A DNA stretch of 64,000 bases from an uncultured virus (IMG/VR IMGVR_UViG_2061766007_002127) (IMGVR_UViG_2061766007_002127), one strand, 5' to 3'. Shown: positions 26,069 to 35,312, counted from the first letter of the stretch. Numbers and translations are program-made. The notes: generated from the letters alone by a model not told the origin.

Positions 26069-26314
26069 TCACTCCCCCTTGTCGTTGAGCAGTTCGTTCG
26101 CCACTGCGAGAAGTTCTTCTGCGACCTTGTCCATGGTGCTGTCGGACAGGTCGTCTTCTTCTGCAGATTTCTGTTTCGGTCTGTTTTTGTAATTCTGGAA
26201 TGTCGGGTTTTTCAGGAAATTCCTTTCATTCTGAAAGTCTTGATATTGCCCTGCCGTCGCCAGCTCCTTGGCAATCCTGAGCATCTCGCGTGCCATCCTG
26301 ATGTTGCTGTTCAT
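26069..26314 (-). CDS. Small protein with shared N-terminal leader
   Basis: MNSNIRMAREMLRIAKELAT...; C-terminal DKVAEELLAVANELL; GAGGAG RBS. Confidence 0.6.
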   Translation of the reverse strand: MNSNIRMAREMLRIAKELATAGQYQDFQNERNFLKNPTFQNYKNRPKQKSAEEDDLSDSTMDKVAEELLAVANELLNDKGE

Positions 26315-26324
26315 ATTGTTCTCC

Positions 26325-26690
26325 TCACTCGTATTTGACTTCCTTTATTCCAGCGTCCCTAAGAGCGTGCAGGGTGTCTTCGTCGTCGTCGCCCTGGAAC
26401 GACCACATCATGAGAAGCTCCCCACGGGGGGTGCTCGTTATGATGGGGGTGTCCGTCTTGGCGTAGAAGTAGTCCTTTATGAGCCTCCTGTACGACTCCT
26501 TGACTGCACGGACGAACTCGTCGCCATATGCCTTTATCTCCGTCACGCTCATCACCTGAGTCGGTATGGCGAATGACAGGCACACGCCAGAACGGTTGTG
26601 GCACCACGCCGAGCTGATGACGTCGACGTTGTCGTCCTTGTCCTCTTCCTCGTCGTCTGCGAGTATGACCCAGTCGTCGTTCCAGTCCAT
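26325..26690 (-). CDS. Hypothetical acidic protein
   Basis: 121-aa ORF, GAGGAG RBS. Confidence 0.55.
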   Translation of the reverse strand: MDWNDDWVILADDEEEDKDDNVDVISSAWCHNRSGVCLSFAIPTQVMSVTEIKAYGDEFVRAVKESYRRLIKDYFYAKTDTPIITSTPRGELLMMWSFQGDDDEDTLHALRDAGIKEVKYE

Positions 26691-26694
26691 TGCC

Positions 26695-27279
26695 CTACTC
26701 CTCGTCTATGCTGTTCACGGACGACGCAGACTCGAACCCGAGCTTCCTGAGGAAGTCGGTAATCTCCTTCACGTCCGTCACGATGTTGCACTCGAACGAA
26801 ACAATAGCGTCGATTTTCAGGCAGGACTTCTGGAAGTCGATGACGGCGTCTCCGACGTACTCGAACTCGGTCTTGAACGTCGGGGCGAGCTTCGCCTGGT
26901 CGTTCCCGACCCTGCTCGACAGGAGCTCCCTTACGATGTTGATGTCGTCGAGCGTGGAGCCGTCGAGGTTCCCGTACAGCGCCCATCTCATGGCGAAGCG
27001 GTAGTTGTTCCTCGAGGACGAGGACAACTGCTTGTACGTCTTCTCAATCCTGAATTCGTCCGAGGAGGCAGTGATGATGGAGGCAATCCTGTCCTGCTTC
27101 TTGGCGAAGCGGATGGTGCCGTCCTCAGACCTGTTGACCTTGATGCCACGGTCGCAGTTCTCGTACCCCTTCTCCATCTGGTTCATCATCCAGCTTCCTT
27201 CCTCCTTGTAGTCGGTAAGCTTGCCACTGCCTGCGTATGGCGCAGAACCAACGTCTGCATTCTTCTTCTTGTCAGCCAT
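26695..27279 (-). CDS. Hypothetical protein
   Basis: 194-aa ORF, GGAG RBS. Confidence 0.6.
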   Translation of the reverse strand: MADKKKNADVGSAPYAGSGKLTDYKEEGSWMMNQMEKGYENCDRGIKVNRSEDGTIRFAKKQDRIASIITASSDEFRIEKTYKQLSSSSRNNYRFAMRWALYGNLDGSTLDDINIVRELLSSRVGNDQAKLAPTFKTEFEYVGDAVIDFQKSCLKIDAIVSFECNIVTDVKEITDFLRKLGFESASSVNSIDEE

Positions 27280-27336
27280 TATCGTGTTCTCCAGAGTTAG
27301 TTGCGATTCGAAATATTCGTCATAAACACTTGCGTG

Positions 27337-27352
27337 GATATAAGTGGAATGT
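27337..27352 (-). promoter_or_regulatory. Class 2 16-bp motif
   Basis: ACATTCCACTTATATC on minus, upstream of the 27279 gene. Confidence 0.5.
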
Positions 27353-27581
27353 TACCTGAAGCGATGCCGTGGATGGGGAGGGGCTGGGCGCCAGTGGTGA
27401 CGGGGATGGTGCCAGTGGTGACGGGGATGGCGCCANNNNNNNNNNNNNNNNTGAAGCACGGCTCTGGGACGACGTACACGCCAGTCGCATGCACGGTCGT
27501 GCCGTAGCCGTCCGTCTCAATCCACCCCACGCATCCACACAGCACGAGGAGCGCGATTCCAAGAACGATTATTCTTTTCAT
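27352..27581 (-). CDS. Small lipoprotein with His/Pro/Arg-rich tail
   Basis: MKRIIVLGIALLVLCGC signal/lipobox; after the gap one frame reads WRHPRHHWHHPRHHWRPAPPHPRHRFR*. Confidence 0.5.
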
Positions 27582-27802
27582 TTCCTGTTCACCTCCAGAC
27601 GATGCCTCCTTGCCCTCTCGACAGCCAGAGCCTTCGCCTTCGCGGCGTCTGACTGAGCCTTCGACGTGTAAATCAGCCTAGCCTCGTCGTCACTCTCGTA
27701 GAGCAACGTGGCGTAGTACTTGCAGTCCTCCCTCTCGTAGATTTTTATCGTGTAGTCGTCGCCGTAGTATTCGCACGACACGAATTCGTCCCTCTCGTTC
27801 AT
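27578..27802 (-). CDS. Hypothetical protein
   Basis: 74-aa ORF with GGAGG RBS, translationally coupled to next gene. Confidence 0.5.
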   Translation of the reverse strand: MNERDEFVSCEYYGDDYTIKIYEREDCKYYATLLYESDDEARLIYTSKAQSDAAKAKALAVERARRHRLEVNRK

Positions 27803-27824
27803 GATATTTCCTCCGATGATTTCC

Positions 27825-28583
27825 TCAATATCCCTTGTCGTTCCAGATGTACACTATCCTGTTTATGAGCCTCTGGACAGCCATGTTCACGTTTTGCTCG
27901 GTCACAGCGCCCTTCTTCGCCTTGACGCTCTTGACCATCAGCTCCCTCCACTCCTCGATTGCGTCGAGAATCTCCATGTCGACGTCGTTCTTGTAGTAGT
28001 TGCCGTCGGTCTTGTCGAAGTACGTGTCGATGCTCCCCCTGATGACGGCGTCGTATGAGAACGTGTCCCACAGGTAGTCGAACTCGTCGAGGTATTTGCC
28101 GTACTCGATGTGCTTCACCCTGCACTTGTCGGCAGCGTCGTCGTCCTTCGGTTGCTTCCTCGTGTCGTATACCGAGAATTCGTCGAAGTTCGTCAGGATG
28201 GACACGCATCTCTCCATGTGCGAGGCGTACTTCCTGAGCTGGACGGCGCATTTCCCGTCGTTAAGTATCTTGACGGAGGGGGGCTTGGCTTCCACGTAGA
28301 ACACTGGTCTGCCACCGAGGCATATGGCGTAGTCTGGATGCTTCACGACGCCCCTCTCGTTCGCCCTAGCCTCCATGACGACCTCCTTGTACTTTGGGGC
28401 GACCCCGTTCTCGTTGTAGACGTCCCAGTTCAGCGCAGACAGGAGCTTCTCTATGAACTCCGTCTTGCAGTTCGCCTCAAGGTAGTCCTCGGACTTGTAG
28501 TTCCTGATGTTCTTCCCGAAAAGCGCCACGAGCTCCTTCACCTTCTCGAACGCCTCGTCCTTCGTGTGTCTATTGAATGGCAT
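27825..28583 (-). CDS. Stand-alone restriction-endonuclease N-terminal domain (type IIG / HsdR_N-like PD-(D/E)XK)
   Basis: EANCKTEFIEKLLSALNWDV...HPDYAICLGGRPVFYVEAK...QLRKYA...ILTNFDEFSVYD; stops at AVQRLINRIVY, with no methyltransferase motifs. Confidence 0.75.
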   Translation of the reverse strand: MPFNRHTKDEAFEKVKELVALFGKNIRNYKSEDYLEANCKTEFIEKLLSALNWDVYNENGVAPKYKEVVMEARANERGVVKHPDYAICLGGRPVFYVEAKPPSVKILNDGKCAVQLRKYASHMERCVSILTNFDEFSVYDTRKQPKDDDAADKCRVKHIEYGKYLDEFDYLWDTFSYDAVIRGSIDTYFDKTDGNYYKNDVDMEILDAIEEWRELMVKSVKAKKGAVTEQNVNMAVQRLINRIVYIWNDKGY

Positions 28584-29144
28584 TGATGGAATCCCCGAAA
28601 AATTTTACGACCAGCATGTTTCAGGTTATTCTAGTTAAATGAATTTCGAACTNNNNNNNNNNNNNNNNNNNNNNNNNNNNNNNNNNNNNNNNNNNNNNNN
28701 NNNNNNNNNNNNNNNNNNNNNNNNNNNNNNNNNNNNNNNNNNNNNNNNNNNNNNNNNNNNNNNNNNNNNNNNNNNNNNNNNNNNNNNNNNNNNNNNNNNN
28801 NNNNNNNNNNNNNNNNNNNNNNNNNNNNNNNNNNNNNNNNNNNNNNNNNNNNNNNNNNNNNNNNNNNNNNNNNNNNNNNNNNNNNNNNNNNNNNNNNNNN
28901 NNNNNNNNNNNNNNNNNNNNNNNNNNNNNNNNNNNNNNNNNNNNNNNNNNNNNNNNNNNNNNNNNNNNNNNNNNNNNNNNNNNNNNNNNNNNNNNNNNNN
29001 NNNNNNNNNNNNNNNNNNNNNNNNNNNNNNNNNNNNNNNNNNNNNNNNNNNNNNNNNNNNNNNNNNNNNNNNNNNNNNNNNNNNNNNNNNNNNNNNNNNN
29101 NNNNNNNNNNNNNNNNNNNNNNNNNNNNNNNNNNNNNNNNNNNN

Positions 29145-30179
29145 TTCTTGTTATTTAAACGATTACCAATCTCAATCGCAGCGGCGATTGAGTCTACTTT
29201 TTCATCATTCTCCAATTGACCTTTCACTGATGAGTAGCCAGCATAAACTTCGTGGAATTTTATGCCAAGCATGTTTATCCTCTTGCGCAAGTTGCTGGAA
29301 AGCAACTTNNNNNNNNNNNNNNNNNNNNNNNNNNNNNNNNNNNNNNNNNNNNNNTCTTTGACTTGATTGTAATGTCTTCTATAACAAAATCGCTCACCTG
29401 ATAGTGGGCGCATTGCTTCGCAATGCGCTTGGAAATATGCAGAATCTCATGTTTCCTTTTGCTGTTCAAGTGGCTTCGCCACTTGACCTTGTCCTTCTTG
29501 AATGAATAGTTCTTTCTTTTATCAAGCTCACTAAGTTGCTTCAAATCAAAGATTTCCTGAGTAAGAAAATTTTCCTTCTCATCTCTGATAACTAATGCAA
29601 CATAGTTCGGATTCATATCAATGGACGCACAGCGTCCATTGATATGTGGAATCTCCTTCGCAAAGTCCTTCTCATCAATGATTAAGGTAACAAAATCTTT
29701 TGATAATTCAACAGTAAAACAGATTTCCTCTCTTTCATCATATCTTCTCTGAAGTTCAGTCAGCAAGGCTCNNNNNNNNNNNNNNNNNNNNNNNNNNNNN
29801 NNNNNNNNCTGATTTAGAAAGCTTGAAGATGATTCTATTATTGTTCAAGTCAAGGGCAAACTTTCTATTTCCTCTGCTGTTTTTATCTCCCTCAATGCAA
29901 ATCGGCAGTTGCCGATTTGCATTGAAATCCTCTTTGGAAATCAAATGCTTCTGGTATCTCGTCCAGTTGCTCTTTCCTCCAAAAATCAAAGTTGCATCTC
30001 CTTGCTTTTCAAAGGATTTGTAAATATTATATGCCTTTCTGCTAGACATCTGCAAAATCGTTGCATCAAGCCTTTCAATATGGTTCNNNNNNNNNNNNNN
30101 NNNNNNNNNNNNNNNNNNNNNNNNNNNNNNNNNNNNNNNNNNNNNNNNNNNNNNNNNNNNNNNNNNNNNTCGCTATCAT
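29145..30179 (-). mobile_element. tnpB: IS200/IS605-type TnpB-related gene (AT-rich island, gapped)
   Basis: LIFGGK...GNRKF, RuvC-I ASIDMNP, RuvC-II FVIEDI, VYAGYSSVKG, RuvC-III VDSIAAAIEIGNR; no CxxC zinc finger visible. Confidence 0.7.
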
Positions 30180-30238
30180 TTGTATGATTTCTGTTGAAAT
30201 TGTTTTCTATATTATACCATTCTCCAGTGAGTTCAATC

Positions 30239-30283
30239 GACCTTTACTCGAAAATCTCCTGCGTCAATTTCCGAGTAAAGGTC
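30239..30283. terminator. Inverted repeat: terminator or IS sub-terminal hairpin
   Basis: GACCTTTACTCG...CGAGTAAAGGTC 12-bp stem at the GC/AT boundary. Confidence 0.45.
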
Positions 30284-30312
30284 TGAGATTCAAAATGTCA
30301 TCTCCTCTACCT

Positions 30313-30784
30313 TCAGAAGTCGAAAAGGAATTCCAGCGCCTTCAGCTTCTGCGTCTTGCTGAGGCTCTTCGACCCAAGTATCCTCTTCGCGCCGTCCCTG
30401 AGCTCGACTGCTTTCGGTATGTCCGTGTGCCCCTTCTCGTCGATGAAGTCGGAAGCCAGCACGAAGAAGTCCTGACCGTCCTTCCTGAACTTGATGTACC
30501 TCCTCTCGCCGTCGGGCTCGTAGCATCCATACGGCTCGTCGTTCCCCTCNNNNNNNNNNNNNNNNNNNNNNNNNNNNGCAGCAGTCCGAAACAAGCTCCG
30601 TCAGCCACCAGCTCTTCGACGCAGACAGGTCGAACCCAGTGCCGTCCCACTCGACGTGGTTCCTCCATATCGCCTGCCATATCTCGTCTGGCAACCTTAT
30701 GCACCCGACGCGCCCCTTTATCTCATGTGGTATGAGAAATGACGACGACGAGCTGTTGCTCACATACCCTTCCCTCGTCTTCAT
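30313..30784 (-). CDS. SNSSSSS-motif phage protein (copy 4)
   Basis: MKTREGYVSNSSSSSFLI; gap shifts frame; ends KALEFLFDF. Confidence 0.7.
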
Positions 30785-31302
30785 GAATCCACCTCCTGCC
30801 TGAAGCCTTCGCCCGTGATGTCCTTGCCGTCGGAAATCCTAGTCCTGAAGAACGGTCTCCTGGCGACATGGCTCTTCATGAACTCGTCCTGCTCGGAATT
30901 CCCGTCGAAGCAGTACATCAGAAGCCTCGTCCCCTCGTTCAGTACCGTGTCGTAGTAGTCGTGGATTCCGTCGTACTGGACTATCCTCGTCCCGTACTCC
31001 TCCGACTCCACGAACGGGATGCAGTTCCCGAAAAGGAACTCCTCCACCTCGTCCTCGTTGCACGGTACATCCAGGTACATCGCGATTCCGTCCCTCTCGC
31101 CGAACGAATCGGCGCTGTCAAGAAGCTCGGAGCCATGCACGAGCGCCGTCTTCCAAAGCCCCTTGACGTACCTGAACCCGTATCCACGGAGCATGTCCTC
31201 CTGCTCCTTCGTCACGGATGTCCTCTCTCCACCGTCGCGCCTCAGCACGACGACGAACGAGCTGGAGCTCGAGTTGCTCACGTATCCAGTCCTTGTCTTC
31301 AT
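30781..31302 (-). CDS. SNSSSSS-motif phage protein (copy 3)
   Basis: MKTRTGYVSNSSSSSFVVV. Confidence 0.75.
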   Translation of the reverse strand: MKTRTGYVSNSSSSSFVVVLRRDGGERTSVTKEQEDMLRGYGFRYVKGLWKTALVHGSELLDSADSFGERDGIAMYLDVPCNEDEVEEFLFGNCIPFVESEEYGTRIVQYDGIHDYYDTVLNEGTRLLMYCFDGNSEQDEFMKSHVARRPFFRTRISDGKDITGEGFRQEVDS

Positions 31303-31712
31303 TCCATTCCTCCGTCGACGAATATCTCCATGTCCCTCGCAGTGCCTAGGTACCCGATTTCAACGAGCTGTGCGAACACCCTCTCCTTGAACTGACCGAG
31401 CGTCTCGTCGTCGCGCATGTCGCCTATGTCGAACCCTATGATGACATCGCCGTCGTGCTTGGAAATGCCGTCAACGATGTCGAGGTCGCCGAACTTCGAC
31501 TGGTACGCCTTCCCGAACAGGAGGTGGTACAGGTTGAGGAACGCATCCCCCAGCGACATCGAATCGACCTGCCCCCTGTCGAAGCCAAGCTTAATCAGTC
31601 TGTCCTTCAGCCTGAAAGTCTTGTCGCCGAACATCAGCTCCCCGACCTTCACGCCGACGATGCAGAAACTGCTCGAGCTTGAATTCGACACGTATCCGAG
31701 CCTAGCCTTCAT
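31299..31712 (-). CDS. SNSSSSS-motif phage protein (copy 2)
   Basis: MKARLGYVSNSSSSSFCIVG. Confidence 0.75.
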   Translation of the reverse strand: MKARLGYVSNSSSSSFCIVGVKVGELMFGDKTFRLKDRLIKLGFDRGQVDSMSLGDAFLNLYHLLFGKAYQSKFGDLDIVDGISKHDGDVIIGFDIGDMRDDETLGQFKERVFAQLVEIGYLGTARDMEIFVDGGME

Positions 31713-31914
31713 GATTTCACAACACCGACTGCCTTTACGAGCATGGCGTTTTCCTTCAGGGCGTACAGCGCCACGACGCCGTCCTCCATGTCGGGCTCTG
31801 GCTTCATGCCATGCCTTCTCGCCACGGACTTCGCCAGCTCCATCATCTCGCCATACGGCTTGCCAGNNNNNNNNNNNNNNNNNNNNNCCGTTGTAGTAGA
31901 CCACCCCGTACCTG

Positions 31915-32268
31915 TCATCCATCGTATCCTCCGTCCACGTGTATCTTCACGTCGCTTTCGTCGCCAGTGAAGCCCTTCGCCTTCAGGCTCTCGAAGATTT
32001 CCTTCTTGAAGCCACCGAGCGTCTGGTCGTCCTTCAGGGCGTAAATCTCCCTGCCGATTATCCAGCAGTCCTCTCCGTAGTCCTCGATTCCACGGTGGAA
32101 GTCGAGACCATTCGCGAACACCTCGATGAAGTCGTAGAACGACTGGTCAGCCATATTGTCTGGCTCGCTTCCGAACATTTCCTTGAAATCATCCTCGTCC
32201 ACTGCAACGCCCACGATGCAGAAACTGCTCGAGCTCGAATTGCTCACGTATCCCGTTCTTGTCTTCAT
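31915..32268 (-). CDS. SNSSSSS-motif phage protein (copy 1)
   Basis: MKTRTGYVSNSSSSSFCIVG; C-terminal DDQTLGGFK...VDGG paralogous to copy 2 (DDETLGQFK...VDGG). Confidence 0.75.
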   Translation of the reverse strand: MKTRTGYVSNSSSSSFCIVGVAVDEDDFKEMFGSEPDNMADQSFYDFIEVFANGLDFHRGIEDYGEDCWIIGREIYALKDDQTLGGFKKEIFESLKAKGFTGDESDVKIHVDGGYDG

Positions 32269-33178
32269 TCCGTCTTTCCTTTCTTTTTCAATGTCTCCCT
32301 GATTTCCATCAACATCTTGCCGTACCTGTTCTCTCCCTTGTCGCCGCATCCACTGCACCAGCACGAACCCCACCTGTTCTCGTGGCTGCAGTTCAGGCTG
32401 GCTATCTCCAGACCGTCTGTGGACAGCAACTTCTCCCCAGCACTCCTGCTGGAGTACCTCGCCTCAAGCACCTTCCTCATCGCATCGAATGCGTCCTCGT
32501 CGTCACGGCAAAGCCCCATGTTCGACGCTATCGACTGCGCCTCCGACGGGCTCACCAGCTCAAGGAAGATTCCACGGTGCTCTGGATGCAACGTCCCGTA
32601 GTACGCGGCGATGGGCGTTCGGTACCTCTCCCCGTCCACGACGACAGCCTCCCTCGCGAACGGCGACAGGAACATGAATCCGTCCTTGAAGTTTGTAATC
32701 CTCCCTGCATCGCGCTGCTGTCTCTGGGCGCACTCGACGCACTTCACCGTCAGCCACGAGCCACNNNNNNNNNNNNNNNNNNNNNNNNNNNNNNNNNNNC
32801 ACACAGCTCGCACGTGTGGGAGCACTTCGCGACGCATCCATCCACGGCGTCGTCCATCAGACCGTACACCGTGTCGACGACTCCGTGCTCGGCGTCGGTG
32901 ATTTCGCCGTCCTTCGACCTGTCTAGGACATCCATGTTCCAATAGCACGTGAACTCTGCCCACTTCGACTTAATCTGGGACGCCACGATGCACATGTTCG
33001 ACGTGGCGAGGATGCCGTTCAGGATTTTCACCTTCCTGACGAATTCGGTTATCGGCTTTCGCCATCCGTCGCCGCACTCCATCCCCCAGCACATGCACGT
33101 CTGCGTCATGTCCAGGTCCTTCTGCCTGAAGAACACGGGGTCTATCCCGTATATCTCCTTTTGAAACTCCTCGTTCAT
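32265..33178 (-). CDS. Cys-rich phage domain fused to a NADAR (YbiA-like) domain
   Basis: N-part ECGDGW...QIKSKW...TCELC..W..VKCVEC; C-part FLSPF...VDGERY...MRKVLEARY...KLLSTDG...ENRWG...GENRYGKMLMEIRETL. Confidence 0.65.
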
Positions 33179-33271
33179 GCCTGTACTCCTCATATGCGGG
33201 ACAAGCCACCATCTGGCTAATGGTGGCTGAAGTCCCTGTCCAGCGTCTGCCNNNNNNNNNNNNNNNNNNNN

Positions 33272-33566
33272 CTATGAACTTCTTGCCGTCCTCGGTCGTC
33301 CTGTCGCTCATCGCGTCCTGCGCCTGACCAGAGATTCCTTCGAGTATCTTCGCGATAGCCTCCTCTGGCTTCGAGACCTTCCTCACGGAGTCGACATGCA
33401 TCAGCGCAAGCCCTCCAGTCTTCGACATAGCCTTGAACAGGTCGTCTGAGATGCTCTCTGCATCCATTGAATCGTCCTTGTAGACAGCCGTCAGCGTCAC
33501 CTTGAAGACCCCCTTGCCATAGGAGGGCTTCTCGCTCTTCACAGTCTTCGTTCCTTTTCTTCCCAT
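33272..33566 (-). CDS. Hypothetical protein, 3' end uncertain (gap)
   Basis: MGRKGTKTVKSEKPSYG... open to gap. Confidence 0.45.
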
Positions 33567-33567
33567 C

Positions 33568-33918
33568 TTACACCTTCTGCTTCAATGTCCAGTAGTTGTT
33601 CTTCGCGTCGTCCAGCTTCCACGTGTTCTTCATGCAGTCCACGCCGATGCTGGTTTTGCCGTCGTCGATTTTGTTGTAGCAGTACTCGTAGAGGTTGCCA
33701 CGTGGGTCGTTCTCCACCAGCACGGAAACCGTCCTTCTCCAGTAGGAGTCCGTGAACTCCCTCTCGATTCGGAGGCACCACCCTGGGGCGGCGCACTTCC
33801 CGTCCTTCATCAGGTCGCACTGCTGGCACTTCGTGCCATCGTCGAACGGGGTCGCGTCCGTAAGCCTGTACTCGTTCCCGTCAACGACAACATATATCCC
33901 GTCGCTCCTGTCAGCCAT
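33568..33918 (-). CDS. Hypothetical protein (CxxC)
   Basis: GGAGG RBS; KCQQCDL..CAAPGWC. Confidence 0.5.
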   Translation of the reverse strand: MADRSDGIYVVVDGNEYRLTDATPFDDGTKCQQCDLMKDGKCAAPGWCLRIEREFTDSYWRRTVSVLVENDPRGNLYEYCYNKIDDGKTSIGVDCMKNTWKLDDAKNNYWTLKQKV

Positions 33919-33930
33919 GCCGCCCACCTC

Positions 33931-34224
33931 CTACGCCACTGGGTTGTCCTGCAACTCGCCAAGGTCATCGTAGATGATGTTCATCACGCTGTCCACGCGA
34001 CCAGTCTGCTCGTCCATCAGAACGCGGCAGTACTGCCCGTTCAGCTCGTCCACGCTGTCCTTCCCGAACACGTTCAGGATGGAGTAGAGGCTTTTGCTGT
34101 TCATCGGTGCGCGTAGAAGGGCGTTGCCCATGTCGTACTGCAACCTGAGTTCAATCTGGCTTTTGTCCAGTTCGGGGAAGAAACGGACATCTGCCTTCGT
34201 CACGACTGCATTCACTTTCTTCAT
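33931..34224 (-). CDS. Hypothetical protein
   Basis: 97 aa, AAGGAG RBS, downstream of a class 1 promoter. Confidence 0.6.
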   Translation of the reverse strand: MKKVNAVVTKADVRFFPELDKSQIELRLQYDMGNALLRAPMNSKSLYSILNVFGKDSVDELNGQYCRVLMDEQTGRVDSVMNIIYDDLGELQDNPVA

Positions 34225-34293
34225 TTTCTTTTCTCCTTTGAGTGGTTCGAATTAAAAATCCACACATAAACGCGAAACGATTCCGACAACGTA

Positions 34294-34322
34294 AATATGG
34301 CGTATGAACGGCAAAAAACAAG
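34294..34322 (-). promoter_or_regulatory. Class 1 sigma70-like promoter CTTG-N19-CATATT
   Basis: CTTGTTTTTTGCCGTTCATACGCCATATT; same 29-nt spacing as four other sites. Confidence 0.55.
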
Positions 34323-34351
34323 GGGGATTCCGTTAAAAAGTGGAACCCCCC
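34312..34351 (-). terminator. Intrinsic terminator after acidic protein gene
   Basis: GGGGG(A)TTCC...GGAACCCCC stem followed by a T-tract on minus. Confidence 0.65.
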
Positions 34352-34381
34352 GTCGATTTTCAGGATTGAATCACCGAACGG

Positions 34382-35182
34382 CTACTTCAACGCGCTGAGG
34401 ACGGATGAGAACGTCCTGAAAAGCTCGGAAACGGTCATGTTGCCGATAATCTTGTTGTCGACGCCAGTGCCGAGCAACGAGCGGATACGGACGTTGNNNN
34501 NNNNNNNNNNNNNNNNNNNGCCACGCTTCGTGTTGAAAATCTGCACGAACGATGACACGGAGGGATGGTCTTCGGTGGAAACCTCGTCATCCTCCACGGT
34601 GGCAGGAGCGCCGCCGAACGCGCCCTTGCGGAGCTTGTCGGAAGCCTTCTGAATCTTGCTCAGAACCTCCTCCTTCTTGCAGGCAGGCATGTCCTTGGAC
34701 ATCTTGACAGCCTTCGCGATGCGCAGGAGGCGCTTCATGCTGGCGATGCAAGCCTTGGCTTCGTCCTTCTCGAGCTCGATGCCGTCGTCGTCGGAATCGC
34801 CTTCGACTTCTGCGTCGTCATCGTCGTCTTCCAAATCGTCGCCGTCCGTGTCTGCGCCGTCTTCAACGGCTGGNNNNNNNNNNNNNNNNNNNNNNNNNNN
34901 NNNGATGTCGTCGTTCAACTGCTCGGTCTGCTCGATGTCGTCGATGGCGTCCTCGGTGTCTTGAATCTCGGTTGTCAGAGCCTGCACCTCGTCGTCGTCA
35001 GCCTCAAGGGGGGATGGCTGGATGTCGGCGTTCTGCTTTTCCTTTTCGATGTTCTCGTCGATTGCGTCTGGAAGGAGGTCTGCGCCAGCATCGGCTGCGC
35101 CTTCTGCGTTGTNNNNNNNNNNNNCAATGCCGAGGCTCTTCTCGAGCTGTTCGGCGATTCGTTCGAATTTTCTTAGGTCCAT
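34382..35182 (-). CDS. Highly acidic, probably highly expressed protein (scaffold/inner-core-like)
   Basis: D/E-rich low-complexity middle, biased codons, AAGGAG RBS, own TATAAT upstream and terminator downstream. Confidence 0.55.
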   Translation of the reverse strand: MDLRKFERIAEQLEKSLGIXXXXXNAEGAADAGADLLPDAIDENIEKEKQNADIQPSPLEADDDEVQALTTEIQDTEDAIDDIEQTEQLNDDIXXXXXXXXXXPAVEDGADTDGDDLEDDDDDAEVEGDSDDDGIELEKDEAKACIASMKRLLRIAKAVKMSKDMPACKKEEVLSKIQKASDKLRKGAFGGAPATVEDDEVSTEDHPSVSSFVQIFNTKRGXXXXXXXXNVRIRSLLGTGVDNKIIGNMTVSELFRTFSSVLSALK

Positions 35183-35271
35183 AATGTCTCTCCTTATTGG
35201 ATTTCACGTGCGATGTTTGAAAAACTTCTACTGTTATTATACACTCAATCAGTATAAGCATAAAATGAATG

Positions 35272-35301
35272 GGGACGGATTCGGTCATGCAAATCCGTCC
35301 C
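35272..35301 (-). terminator. Hairpin/terminator after clpA
   Basis: GGGACGGATT...AATCCGTCCC perfect 10-bp stem just after the clpA stop. Confidence 0.6.
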
Positions 35302-35312
35302 TTCATTTTTCC

